DNA of 64,000 nt. Source: Winogradskyella sp. (GTDB lineage: Bacteria; Bacteroidota; Bacteroidia; Flavobacteriales; Flavobacteriaceae). Of this stretch, positions 18,470-27,473 are shown in pieces; position 1 is the first letter of the stretch; every line of letters begins with the position of its first letter. Made by a program: the position numbers and the translations under genes. The stretch covers positions 2,050,121 through 2,114,120 of the forward strand of contig OZ252283.1 of the NCBI GenBank assembly GCA_965250025.1, written 5' to 3'. Below the pieces are notes generated by a model that was not told where the DNA came from, searched no databases, and saw nothing but the letters and a program-made list of their open reading frames with translations.

Positions 18470-19417
18470 ATGGACATATCAGTAGTTATACCACTACTTA
18501 ATGAAGACGAGTCTTTAAAAGAATTATATGATTGGATTGTAAACGTATTACAATCTAATCATTTTTCTTATGAAATCATTTTTATCGACGATGGTAGTAC
18601 CGATAATTCATGGAAAATCATTGATGAATTATCACAAAAAGACCATAATGTCAAAGGCATTCGATTTGTAAAAAACTTTGGTAAATCTCAGGCATTACAT
18701 GCCGGATTCAAACACGCTACTGGTAATGTGGTTATTACAATGGATGCAGATCTTCAAGATAATCCGCAGGAAATCCCGGAGCTTTACAAGATGATCTCTG
18801 AAGATCAGTTTGATCTGGTTTCCGGATGGAAAAAGAAACGTTACGATTCTCTATTTGCAAAGAATCTACCTTCCAAATTGTTTAACTGGGCTGCCCGAAA
18901 AACTTCAGGTTTAAAACTACACGATTTTAATTGTGGGCTTAAAGCTTATGCTAACGATGTTGTAAAACATATTGACGTCAACGGTGAAATGCATCGTTAT
19001 ATTCCTGTTTTGGCTAAAAATGCCGGATTTACAAAGATCGGAGAGAAAGTGGTAAAACATCAGGCTCGTAAATATGGAAAAACCAAATTTGGTGCCAGCA
19101 GGTTTATTAATGGTTTTCTCGATCTGATTACCATATGGTTCATTTCCAGATTTGGTAAACGCCCCATGCACCTGTTCGGTGCCTTAGGCGTCATCATGTT
19201 TTTAGTAGGAACAGTATTTGCCTTGTACTTAGGCATAGACAAACTGTTTTTAAATCCTGCCGGACGACTTATCACACAACGCCCTCAATTTTATATTGCT
19301 TTAAGCACCATGATCATTGGCGCTCAGTTCTTTATTGCCGGCTTCTTAGGTGAACTTATCTTACGTTCTAAAACCGATAAACAACGCTATTATATCAAAA
19401 CAAATGTAAACCTATAA
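18470..19417 (+). CDS. Family 2 glycosyltransferase (polyprenyl-phosphate sugar synthase-like) with C-terminal TM helices
   Basis: ISVVIPLLNE.., IFIDDGSTD, DADLQD motifs, and two C-terminal TM helices. Confidence 0.85.
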   Translation: MDISVVIPLLNEDESLKELYDWIVNVLQSNHFSYEIIFIDDGSTDNSWKIIDELSQKDHNVKGIRFVKNFGKSQALHAGFKHATGNVVITMDADLQDNPQEIPELYKMISEDQFDLVSGWKKKRYDSLFAKNLPSKLFNWAARKTSGLKLHDFNCGLKAYANDVVKHIDVNGEMHRYIPVLAKNAGFTKIGEKVVKHQARKYGKTKFGASRFINGFLDLITIWFISRFGKRPMHLFGALGVIMFLVGTVFALYLGIDKLFLNPAGRLITQRPQFYIALSTMIIGAQFFIAGFLGELILRSKTDKQRYYIKTNVNL

Positions 19418-19494
19418 TGACATTTAATTAATGGTGTATCAACAAACACCACACTATAAATGTTTATTTTTGTGATACAAACTTTAAGAATATT

Positions 19495-21222
19495 ATGATC
19501 TACATAGAACCTGAAATCCTGGACAAAGTTAATGCATGGCTTACTCCTGCTTTTGACCAAGACACACAAGAAAAAATTAAACACCTCATTGCTTCCAATC
19601 CAAAAGAGCTTAAAGAAAGTTTTTATAAAAGCTTAGAATTTGGTACTGGTGGCATGCGAGGTATTATGGGATTGGGAGACAATCGCATTAATAAATACAC
19701 GTTAGGTAAAAACACACAAGGTTTAAGTAATTATCTCAAAAAGGCATTCCCAAACGAAGCTCTCAAGGTTGCTATAGCTTACGACTGCAGGCATAATAGC
19801 GATACTTTAGCTAATGTGGTGGCAGATGTTTTCTCTGCCAATGGCATTACTGTATATCTCTTTGAAGAACTAAGACCTACACCAGAGTTATCGTTTGCTC
19901 TTAAACATCTAAACTGTCATTGTGGTATTGTGCTAACAGCTTCTCATAACCCACCTGAATACAATGGTTATAAAGTGTACTGGCAAGATGGTGGTCAGTT
20001 AGTACCGCCTTACGATTCTGAGATCATAGCTGAGATTAATAATCTGGACTATTCAGAAATAAAATTTGAAGCCAAAACCTCCTTAATTCAATATATCGGA
20101 AAAGCAGTAGATGATGTTTTTATTAATGCCTCTGTTGCAAATGGTAGTTTTGATACCGATCAAAGTGCAAAAGATGAACTCAGTATTGTATTTACCTCAT
20201 TACATGGCACATCCATAACTGCCATACCCGAAACTTTAAAACGAGCAGGGTATACTAATGTTCATATTGTAGAAGAACAAGCAAAGCCAGACGGTAATTT
20301 TCCAACTGTAGCTTCTCCGAATCCAGAAGAACCTGCAGCATTACAAATGGCCTTAGAATTGGCTGAGAAAGTAAATGCTGATATTGTTATTGGTACGGAT
20401 CCAGATAGTGACCGACTGGGTATTGCCATTAGAGATCTTGATGGCAATATGAAACTACTAAATGGTAATCAGACCATGGTAGTTATGACCGCTTTCTTAC
20501 TCAAACAATGGCAACAGGAAAACAGATTAACCGGCAATGAATTTATAGGTTCTACTATTGTATCTACACCGATGATGCTAGCATTGGCAAAAGCCTACAA
20601 TACCGAAATTAAAGTTGGCCTTACCGGCTTTAAATGGATTGCTAAAATGATCAAGGATTTCCCGGAATTAGGGTTCATCGGTGGCGGAGAAGAGAGTTTC
20701 GGTTTTATGGTTGGTGACTTTGTTCGCGATAAAGATGCAGTGACCTCAACACTTTTAGCCTGCGAAATTTCTGCTCAGGCAAAAGCTAATGGCAGTTCTT
20801 TCTACAAAGAACTTATAGATTTATATGTAGCACATGGCTTCTATAAAGAACGTTTGATCTCTTTAACAAAAAAGGGTATTGAAGGTGCTGAAATTATAAA
20901 GCAAATGATGATCGATGCCCGAGAACATCCTTTGAAGGAAGTAAATGGTTCTAAAGTGACACGTATCGAAGACTATCAATTGTCCATAGCAAAAGATTTG
21001 GTAAATAATACGGAAGACACCATTGATATTCCAAAATCAAATGTCCTTATCTACTATACTGAAGACGGTAGTAAAATTGCATTACGACCAAGCGGCACCG
21101 AACCAAAAATCAAATTTTATATCAGTGTGAACACTTCACTTGACAATATGTCTGATTTTGAAAAAACGGAGCAATTATTGGAATCCAGAATCGATGCGAT
21201 CCTAAAGGATATGAATTTATAG
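19495..21222 (+). CDS. Phospho-sugar mutase (phosphoglucomutase/phosphomannomutase family)
   Basis: Active-site [15 protein letters not shown], Mg-binding GTDPDSDR, sugar-binding GGEESFG. Confidence 0.88.
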   Translation: MIYIEPEILDKVNAWLTPAFDQDTQEKIKHLIASNPKELKESFYKSLEFGTGGMRGIMGLGDNRINKYTLGKNTQGLSNYLKKAFPNEALKVAIAYDCRHNSDTLANVVADVFSANGITVYLFEELRPTPELSFALKHLNCHCGIVLTASHNPPEYNGYKVYWQDGGQLVPPYDSEIIAEINNLDYSEIKFEAKTSLIQYIGKAVDDVFINASVANGSFDTDQSAKDELSIVFTSLHGTSITAIPETLKRAGYTNVHIVEEQAKPDGNFPTVASPNPEEPAALQMALELAEKVNADIVIGTDPDSDRLGIAIRDLDGNMKLLNGNQTMVVMTAFLLKQWQQENRLTGNEFIGSTIVSTPMMLALAKAYNTEIKVGLTGFKWIAKMIKDFPELGFIGGGEESFGFMVGDFVRDKDAVTSTLLACEISAQAKANGSSFYKELIDLYVAHGFYKERLISLTKKGIEGAEIIKQMMIDAREHPLKEVNGSKVTRIEDYQLSIAKDLVNNTEDTIDIPKSNVLIYYTEDGSKIALRPSGTEPKIKFYISVNTSLDNMSDFEKTEQLLESRIDAILKDMNL

Positions 21223-21225
21223 TTG

Positions 21226-23061
21226 ATGGATTACCTTAAGAAACTTTCGAGATTTATTGTACCATACAAAAGGTATGCGTTTTTAAATATATTCTTTAAT
21301 ATACTATATGCGCTTTTCGGCACCCTATCGTTTGTGTCGTTAATGCCCATGTTGAAGGTATTATTGAAAACAGCAGAACCTATTTCAAAAAAACCTTTAA
21401 GAACCGATTATGATGGCATTCTGGAGTATGGAAATTACCTTGAAGATTCTCTGAACTTTTTCATTACCCAAAAAATAGAAGCTGACGGTCAGTATAGTGT
21501 TTTATTACTAATGATCTGTGTGGTTTTAATGACCTTCTTATTAAAAAATGCTGCCGGTTATTTTTCAAATTTCTTTTTGGCCTACCTGCGTAATGGGATT
21601 TTAAAAGATATTAGAAACGAGCTTTATGAAAAAACCGTGGAGCTTCCTATTTCGTATTTTTCAGAAAAACGTAAAGGTGATATTATTGCACGAATCTCTG
21701 CAGATGTTAACGAAATACAGAATTCGCTATTAGCTATTTTAGAGTTGTTGGTGCGCGAACCTCTGACAATTGTGTTCACGATCATAGTCATGTTCACCAT
21801 TAGTCTTAAACTGACCATTTTTGTTTTTGTATTTATTCCGATATCCGGGATGATTATTTCCTGGGTTGGTAAAAGTTTAAAGAAGCATTCCCAACGAGTA
21901 CAAGAAGAAAACGGAGCGTTCTTATCGGTTTTAGATGAAACGCTGAATGGATTAAAGGTTATTAAGGGATTCAATGCCGAATCGCGTTTTACGGCCATCT
22001 TTAAGAATTCTACATCCCGATTGTATAAGTTTGCTAACGATCTGGCACATCGTCAAAATCTAGCCTCCCCCACTTCAGAATTTTTAGGTATCGTCGTTAT
22101 AGCCGTTATTCTACTATATGGTGGTCGTATGGTATTGGTAGATCAGACCTTAACTGCCGATGAGTTTATAACGTATATGGCGTTGGCTTATAATATCTTA
22201 ACACCGGCTAAAGCTATCAGTAAAGCCACTTATAAAGTAAAATCAGGAAATGCATCAGCTGATCGTGTCTTGGAAATTCTCAATACGACATCGGATCTAA
22301 AAGACAATGAAAATGCTATAACCAAAGAGGGCTTTAATTCAGAAATTAACATTGATAACATTTCCTTCAAGTATAAAGATGAGTTTGTACTTCGTAATTT
22401 TTCAATCACCATACCCAAAGGAAAAAGTGTAGCACTGGTTGGTCAGTCTGGTAGTGGTAAATCTACCATTGCCAATTTGGTCACTCGTTTTTATGATGTC
22501 AATAAAGGCAGTATTGCCATTGATGGTGAAGACATCAGAACATTTACCAAACACTCATTAAGACGCTTAATGGGACTGGTAACTCAAGATTCTATCTTAT
22601 TTAATGATACCGTAAGAAATAATGTATTGGTAGGGAAAGAAGATGCTACAGATGATGAAGTTATGCATGCCTTAAAAATTGCCAATGCCTGGGAATTTGT
22701 AAAAGATTTAGATGGTGGTTTAGATTTTAATATAGGAGACTCGGGAGGTAATTTATCGGGAGGGCAAAAGCAACGTTTAAGTATCGCCAGAGCGGTATTG
22801 AAAAACCCCCCGATCATGATTCTGGATGAAGCAACCTCAGCGCTTGATACTGAGAGTGAGCGTCTGGTACAAGATGCATTGGATAACATGATGAAGAACA
22901 GAACTTCTATCATCATTGCACACCGATTATCGACCATACAAAATGCTGATACTATCGTCGTTATGCAAAAAGGAGAAATTGCAGAACAAGGCACACACCA
23001 TGAACTCATTGCTAAAAACGGGGTGTATAAAAAACTTGTAGAAATGCAGAGTTTTGAATAA
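21226..23061 (+). CDS. ABC exporter, fused permease-ATPase (MsbA-like)
   Basis: Six-TM N-terminal half. Walker A GQSGSGKST, signature LSGGQKQR, Walker B ILDEATSALD. ATG 21226 preferred over TTG 21223. Confidence 0.85.
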   Translation: MDYLKKLSRFIVPYKRYAFLNIFFNILYALFGTLSFVSLMPMLKVLLKTAEPISKKPLRTDYDGILEYGNYLEDSLNFFITQKIEADGQYSVLLLMICVVLMTFLLKNAAGYFSNFFLAYLRNGILKDIRNELYEKTVELPISYFSEKRKGDIIARISADVNEIQNSLLAILELLVREPLTIVFTIIVMFTISLKLTIFVFVFIPISGMIISWVGKSLKKHSQRVQEENGAFLSVLDETLNGLKVIKGFNAESRFTAIFKNSTSRLYKFANDLAHRQNLASPTSEFLGIVVIAVILLYGGRMVLVDQTLTADEFITYMALAYNILTPAKAISKATYKVKSGNASADRVLEILNTTSDLKDNENAITKEGFNSEINIDNISFKYKDEFVLRNFSITIPKGKSVALVGQSGSGKSTIANLVTRFYDVNKGSIAIDGEDIRTFTKHSLRRLMGLVTQDSILFNDTVRNNVLVGKEDATDDEVMHALKIANAWEFVKDLDGGLDFNIGDSGGNLSGGQKQRLSIARAVLKNPPIMILDEATSALDTESERLVQDALDNMMKNRTSIIIAHRLSTIQNADTIVVMQKGEIAEQGTHHELIAKNGVYKKLVEMQSFE

Positions 23062-23087
23062 TTCAACACTAACCCTATAGAAAATAA

Positions 23088-23122
23088 GAAAGGATGCATC
23101 TAACGATACATCCTTTTCTTTT
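23088..23122 (+). terminator. Rho-independent terminator of the ABC exporter gene
   Basis: gaaaggatg / catcctttc stem followed by a T-run. Confidence 0.7.
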
Positions 23123-23353
23123 TGTTACCAGATTTGGGGACACTGGTAACGATTAATTAGGTTAAGCTGTTTCAAACATATAATAAATTATTCAACTGAC
23201 CAAGAAAAAAATGCTTTTTATCGTATTTTTTTGCATTTTATCGATTATAATATTAATAACTAATTGATTTACAAACATTTAAAAAAATAGCTAAATTTCA
23301 CTAAATCCGGTTAAACTTTTAGTATTTTTCATAGTCTTAATAAAAAAAGTCAT

Positions 23354-23896
23354 TTGGAAGACGAAGTTGAATTTATAGCACGTTTAAAATCTAAACCAAC
23401 CAAAGAGACAGCCTTTAGAGAACTTCTAAACCTCTATAAGGAACGCTTGTATTGGCACATTAGAAAAATTGTGATCTCTCATGATGATACTGATGACGTC
23501 TTACAAAATACTTTTATTAAGGTGTACAGAAGTATCGATAACTTTAAAGGAGAAAGCAAACTGTTTTCATGGCTGTACCGAATTGCTACCAACGAATCCA
23601 TCACCCATCTCAACAAGAAGGCTAAACGTTTACAAATCTCTGATAGTGAGCTACAGGAAAGAACGGTTAATAACCTTACTGCAGATGTGTATTTTGAAGG
23701 CGACGACATTCAATTAAAACTTCAAAAGGCCATAGCAACATTACCCCAAAAGCAACAGTTGGTCTTTAATATGAAATATTTTGAGGATATAAAATATAAG
23801 GACATGGCTGAAATATTAGATACCAGTGAAGGTGCGCTAAAGGCATCATACCATATCGCTGTAAAAAAAATTGAAGCCTTTTTAACCACAAATTAA
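23354..23896 (+). CDS. ECF-type RNA polymerase sigma-70 factor
   Basis: Region 2 (DDTDDVLQNTFIKVYRSIDNF..FSWLYRIATNESI) and region 4 (YKDMAEILDTSEGALKASYHIAVKKI). TTG start. Confidence 0.85.
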   Translation: MEDEVEFIARLKSKPTKETAFRELLNLYKERLYWHIRKIVISHDDTDDVLQNTFIKVYRSIDNFKGESKLFSWLYRIATNESITHLNKKAKRLQISDSELQERTVNNLTADVYFEGDDIQLKLQKAIATLPQKQQLVFNMKYFEDIKYKDMAEILDTSEGALKASYHIAVKKIEAFLTTN

Positions 23897-23928
23897 ACCA
23901 ATTGTTTAATTTATAGTCCAATTAACAA

Positions 23929-24441
23929 ATGAAAAGGAAGCCATTAAAACATATAGCATCAACAGGATTCAAAACTCCTGATAAATACTTCGAGACTTTC
24001 GAAAGTAAACTCAATGCACGTGTAATGTCTGAGGAGAGTATTAAAGGCATAAATAATCCGGGTTTTAAAATTCCAAATGATTATTTTGAAACTCTGAATG
24101 ATAACATCCTTGAACAAGTTTCAAAACCCAATACTAGGGTTATTACACTGTTCAACAAAAGAAATCTTACCTATGTCTCTGGTATAGCTGCTGCACTTCT
24201 CATTGCATTTGCAGTATTTTTCAATGAAGGGGTAACTCCCGATATAGAAAGTTTAGATGCGGAAGTTGTAAAATCATACCTTCAAGATGAAGACATCAGT
24301 AGTTATGAGCTTGCGGCATTATTGACAGATGAAGAGTTATCTGATATCAACTCAGAAATTATGGAAGATGCTTTTCATGAAGAAAGTATAGAAACTTACT
24401 TAATAGATCATATTGATTTAGACGAACTTATAGAACAATAA
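23929..24441 (+). CDS. Single-pass membrane protein, candidate anti-sigma factor (non-ZAS)
   Basis: Immediately follows the ECF sigma gene. Cytoplasmic N-terminus with duplicated GFK.P..YFET motif, one TM helix (GIAAALLIAFAVFF), and an acidic C-terminal domain. Confidence 0.35.
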   Translation: MKRKPLKHIASTGFKTPDKYFETFESKLNARVMSEESIKGINNPGFKIPNDYFETLNDNILEQVSKPNTRVITLFNKRNLTYVSGIAAALLIAFAVFFNEGVTPDIESLDAEVVKSYLQDEDISSYELAALLTDEELSDINSEIMEDAFHEESIETYLIDHIDLDELIEQ

Positions 24442-24445
24442 CATT

Positions 24446-24907
24446 ATGAAACGTATAGTTGCCATTATCATATTATCTCTGGTATGTACCCTGAATACTC
24501 AGGCACAACATAAGGAAAAAATGAAAGAAAAGATAAGAGCTCAAAAAACAGCTTTTATTACTGAGCGTTTAGACCTTTCAACTAAAGAGGCTCAAGAATT
24601 TTGGCCAATCTATAATGCTTTTGAAGAAAAGCTTGAGCAATTCAGGAGAAATGATCTACGGGAAATTAAACGCGCCATGAGAAAAGGAGATTTATCAGAA
24701 GATGAAGCCCAAAAAGCCTTGGATAAATTTCTTTTAATCGAAGATAAGATTCATAACCTCAAGAAGCAATTGGTTAAAGATTTAAACGATGTCATTCCAC
24801 CGCAAAAAATCATGGCATTAAAAGCCGCTGAAGATGCTTTTAAAACCAGACTTTTAGAAAGCTTAAGAAAACGCAAAGCCAAAATGAAGAATTTTAAGAA
24901 TAATTAA
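24446..24907 (+). CDS. Periplasmic helical protein (Spy/CpxP-like?), third gene of the ECF module
   Basis: Signal peptide. K/E-rich helical sequence with an L.STKEAQ segment. 4-nt gap from the preceding gene. Confidence 0.3.
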   Translation: MKRIVAIIILSLVCTLNTQAQHKEKMKEKIRAQKTAFITERLDLSTKEAQEFWPIYNAFEEKLEQFRRNDLREIKRAMRKGDLSEDEAQKALDKFLLIEDKIHNLKKQLVKDLNDVIPPQKIMALKAAEDAFKTRLLESLRKRKAKMKNFKNN

Positions 24908-24932
24908 AGAGGAAGCGAATCGCTTCTTTTTT
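24908..24932. terminator. Hairpin terminator between convergent genes
   Basis: ggaagcg / cgcttc(t) stem with a 3-nt loop and a T-run. Overlaps the stop of the minus-strand gene. Confidence 0.5.
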
Positions 24933-26004
24933 ATTCTCTGAATATCAACTTGCTTATCCGCCCCTTACCGGCTGCATAAGCCACAGAATCGTTTAAAAAA
25001 CGGATGGTATAAAAGCCTTCGTCGCTCAAATGCTTCCAGGTTTCTCCGGCATCGTTACTATAATCGATACCTTTAAAACCAACTGCAACCAGTTCTTTAG
25101 CATCACTATTCGGCACGTACTGTACACAACTTCGATAACCCGGAGATTGGTTTTTAGCAACTAACTGCCATGTTTTTCCACCATCCTGTGTTCGTATCTT
25201 ATTCGCAGAACTATCTGCCGGTTTCGTATAATCACCACCTATGGCAAAACCATGTTTTTCATCATAAAAGTCAATTGAATACATGCCTGTTGTTTCCAAA
25301 CCTTGAGCTATAGGTGTTTCATAAATTGTCCATGTGTTTCCCTTATCGGGAGAGTACAACACTCTGCTTGCCTTGCCTCCTGTAGCCACCCAGGTATGGT
25401 CTCCAACAATGGCAATATTAGTATCACTGGCCGCAAAAGCCGCTTCCCCTTCCTTTGCTTTAGGTAGAACATCACATGACAATTTTGTCCACGTATACCC
25501 GCCATCTCTGGTAATGATAATACTCATACAATCGTCTGTAGGGTCGCCAATGGCAATACCTTCTTGATCGTTCCAGAAGGCCATAGCATCGTAAAATACT
25601 TTTGGGTGGTTTTCTTCGTAAACCAAGACGCCATGTTTATATAGTTTTGCCGGTGCACCTATGGTTATTGCAAGATTAACTTTTAACTCACTGTTTTCAA
25701 ATGGCTTAATCTGAGCAACAGCTCTAAAGTTATTATTACCAATAGAATCAATATTACTACCTATAACGTCACTATGATCAATAGCACCAAAAGTTACACC
25801 ATCTGAAAACAAGCCATAAAACTTACCGTCTGAAGCAGCAGCAAGAACATCAGATTCATAAACATCCAAAGCCCGAACATTTAATAAAGAATCTTTAAAT
25901 AAGGTTTCAATTTCTACATCAGAAAAATGCTTTATAACTTTATTTTCTTCAGACTTGCATGCAAAGAAGCCTATACATAAACAACAGGTGATAAATAGTT
26001 TCAT
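24931..26004 (-). CDS. BNR/Asp-box repeat beta-propeller lipoprotein (Ycf48-like)
   Basis: Lipoprotein signal (..GFFACKS). Repeated S/D-x-D-x-G-x-T-W boxes (RDGGYTWTKL, PDKGNTWT, QDGGKTWQ, NDAGETWKHL). Confidence 0.6.
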   Translation of the reverse strand: MKLFITCCLCIGFFACKSEENKVIKHFSDVEIETLFKDSLLNVRALDVYESDVLAAASDGKFYGLFSDGVTFGAIDHSDVIGSNIDSIGNNNFRAVAQIKPFENSELKVNLAITIGAPAKLYKHGVLVYEENHPKVFYDAMAFWNDQEGIAIGDPTDDCMSIIITRDGGYTWTKLSCDVLPKAKEGEAAFAASDTNIAIVGDHTWVATGGKASRVLYSPDKGNTWTIYETPIAQGLETTGMYSIDFYDEKHGFAIGGDYTKPADSSANKIRTQDGGKTWQLVAKNQSPGYRSCVQYVPNSDAKELVAVGFKGIDYSNDAGETWKHLSDEGFYTIRFLNDSVAYAAGKGRISKLIFRE

Positions 26005-26228
26005 GATAAAAATGATTAAAATAAGAAAAATCTTACATGAATAACGTTAAAGTCTTTAAATAAATTGCAATCAATCGCATAAATTCAGCCTCAATATAAA
26101 AACTTTAACTCAACTGGTGTAAAAAGTCCCAATAGATCAATAATAAATAGTTCTCATTAAAATATGTGTAAAACCATGAAAACATTTAATTGGTCGTTAT
26201 ATAAATTCTCAAAACCATTAAATAATCT

Positions 26229-26236
26229 TACCTTTG
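26229..26236 (+). promoter_or_regulatory. -7 promoter element (TACCTTTG)
   Basis: Exact TAnnTTTG, 20 nt upstream of ATG 26256. Confidence 0.45.
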
Positions 26237-26255
26237 CCCGCTATATTTTTTTAAA

Positions 26256-27467
26256 ATGCGATTACATAGAAATTTATGCTTTGCAGTAATTGATGGTCTG
26301 CATCTCATCTTTAACGAGGATGAGTATGCCGATAAAGTCATACAAAAACTACTAAAGCGCGATAAACGTTGGGGAAGCAGAGACCGTGGGTTTATAGCAG
26401 AAACTACCTATGAGATTGTCCGATATAAAAGACTCTATGCTGAAATTGCAGATGTTAAAGTACCCTATGACAGAGACAATCTGTGGCGATTATTTGCGGT
26501 GTGGGCTACACTAAAAGGCATACGTTTACCCGATTGGAAATATTTTGCAGATACCCCAACACGAAAAATAAAAGGACGCTTTGATGAGCTTTCAAAAATC
26601 AGAAAATTCAAAGAATCCATTCCAGATTGGCTAGATGAACTGGGAACTCAGGAGCTGGGCGAAACACAATGGACTAAAGAACTCAGCATGCAAAACCAAC
26701 AAGCTGATGTCATCCTTAGAGTAAATACATTAAAAACCTCTAAAAAAGACCTACAGATTAAACTCCAGTCCGAAAATATCGAAACTGAGTTTTTAAAACA
26801 CCATCCTTACGCTCTGAAACTCAAAGAACGTGCTAATGTATTTACTACTGAAGCTTTTAAAAATGGATGGTTTGAAGTTCAGGATGCCTCGTCACAACTC
26901 GTTGCAGACTTTTTAGATGTTAAACCGGGCATGAAAGTTGTAGATGCTTGTGCCGGTGCCGGAGGGAAAACACTTCATTTGGCATCCTTAATGCAAAATA
27001 AAGGACAGCTTGTGGCCATGGACATCTATGAAAGTAAACTCAAGAAACTTAAGGTTAGAGCCAGACGTAATGGTGTTCATAATGTAGAACTCAAAGTCAT
27101 CGATTCTACCAAACCCATAAAAAAGCTTCATAATAAAGCTGATCGTTTACTTATAGATGCACCTTGCTCAGGTTTGGGTGTTTTAAGAAGAAACCCGGAT
27201 AGCAAATGGAAATTAAAGCCTGCTTTCATTGAAAACATCAGACAAACGCAAGCAGAGATTCTTCAGAAGTATTCAAAAATGGTAAAATCTGGAGGTCAAA
27301 TGGTATACGCTACTTGTTCTGTACTACCATCTGAAAACAGAATGCAAATTGATGCATTTTTAACTTCAGAAGCAGGAAAAGCATTTACCTTTGTAAAAGA
27401 TAAAAATATATTTGCCTACGAATCTGGCTATGACGGATTCTATATGGCGCTATTGGAAAAGAAATAA
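26256..27467 (+). CDS. RsmB/NOP-family SAM-dependent RNA m5C methyltransferase
   Basis: SAM-binding VVDACAGAGGKT. Catalytic DAPCSGLGVLRRNPD and YATCS. Confidence 0.8.
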   Translation: MRLHRNLCFAVIDGLHLIFNEDEYADKVIQKLLKRDKRWGSRDRGFIAETTYEIVRYKRLYAEIADVKVPYDRDNLWRLFAVWATLKGIRLPDWKYFADTPTRKIKGRFDELSKIRKFKESIPDWLDELGTQELGETQWTKELSMQNQQADVILRVNTLKTSKKDLQIKLQSENIETEFLKHHPYALKLKERANVFTTEAFKNGWFEVQDASSQLVADFLDVKPGMKVVDACAGAGGKTLHLASLMQNKGQLVAMDIYESKLKKLKVRARRNGVHNVELKVIDSTKPIKKLHNKADRLLIDAPCSGLGVLRRNPDSKWKLKPAFIENIRQTQAEILQKYSKMVKSGGQMVYATCSVLPSENRMQIDAFLTSEAGKAFTFVKDKNIFAYESGYDGFYMALLEKK

Positions 27468-27473
27468 CAACTT

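Noticed and set aside
19390-19584. 64-aa minus-strand ORF spanning the GT2 to phospho-sugar mutase gap.
   Set aside because: It overlaps the ends of two well-supported plus-strand genes, and there is no promoter motif for it.
23211-23267. 18-codon hydrophobic mini-ORF (MLFIVFFCILSIIILITN) in the 290-nt gap upstream of the ECF sigma gene.
   Set aside because: AT-rich intergenic DNA readily yields such I/L/F-rich ORFs. No -7 box is suitably placed, so it is not supportable without ribosome profiling or conservation.
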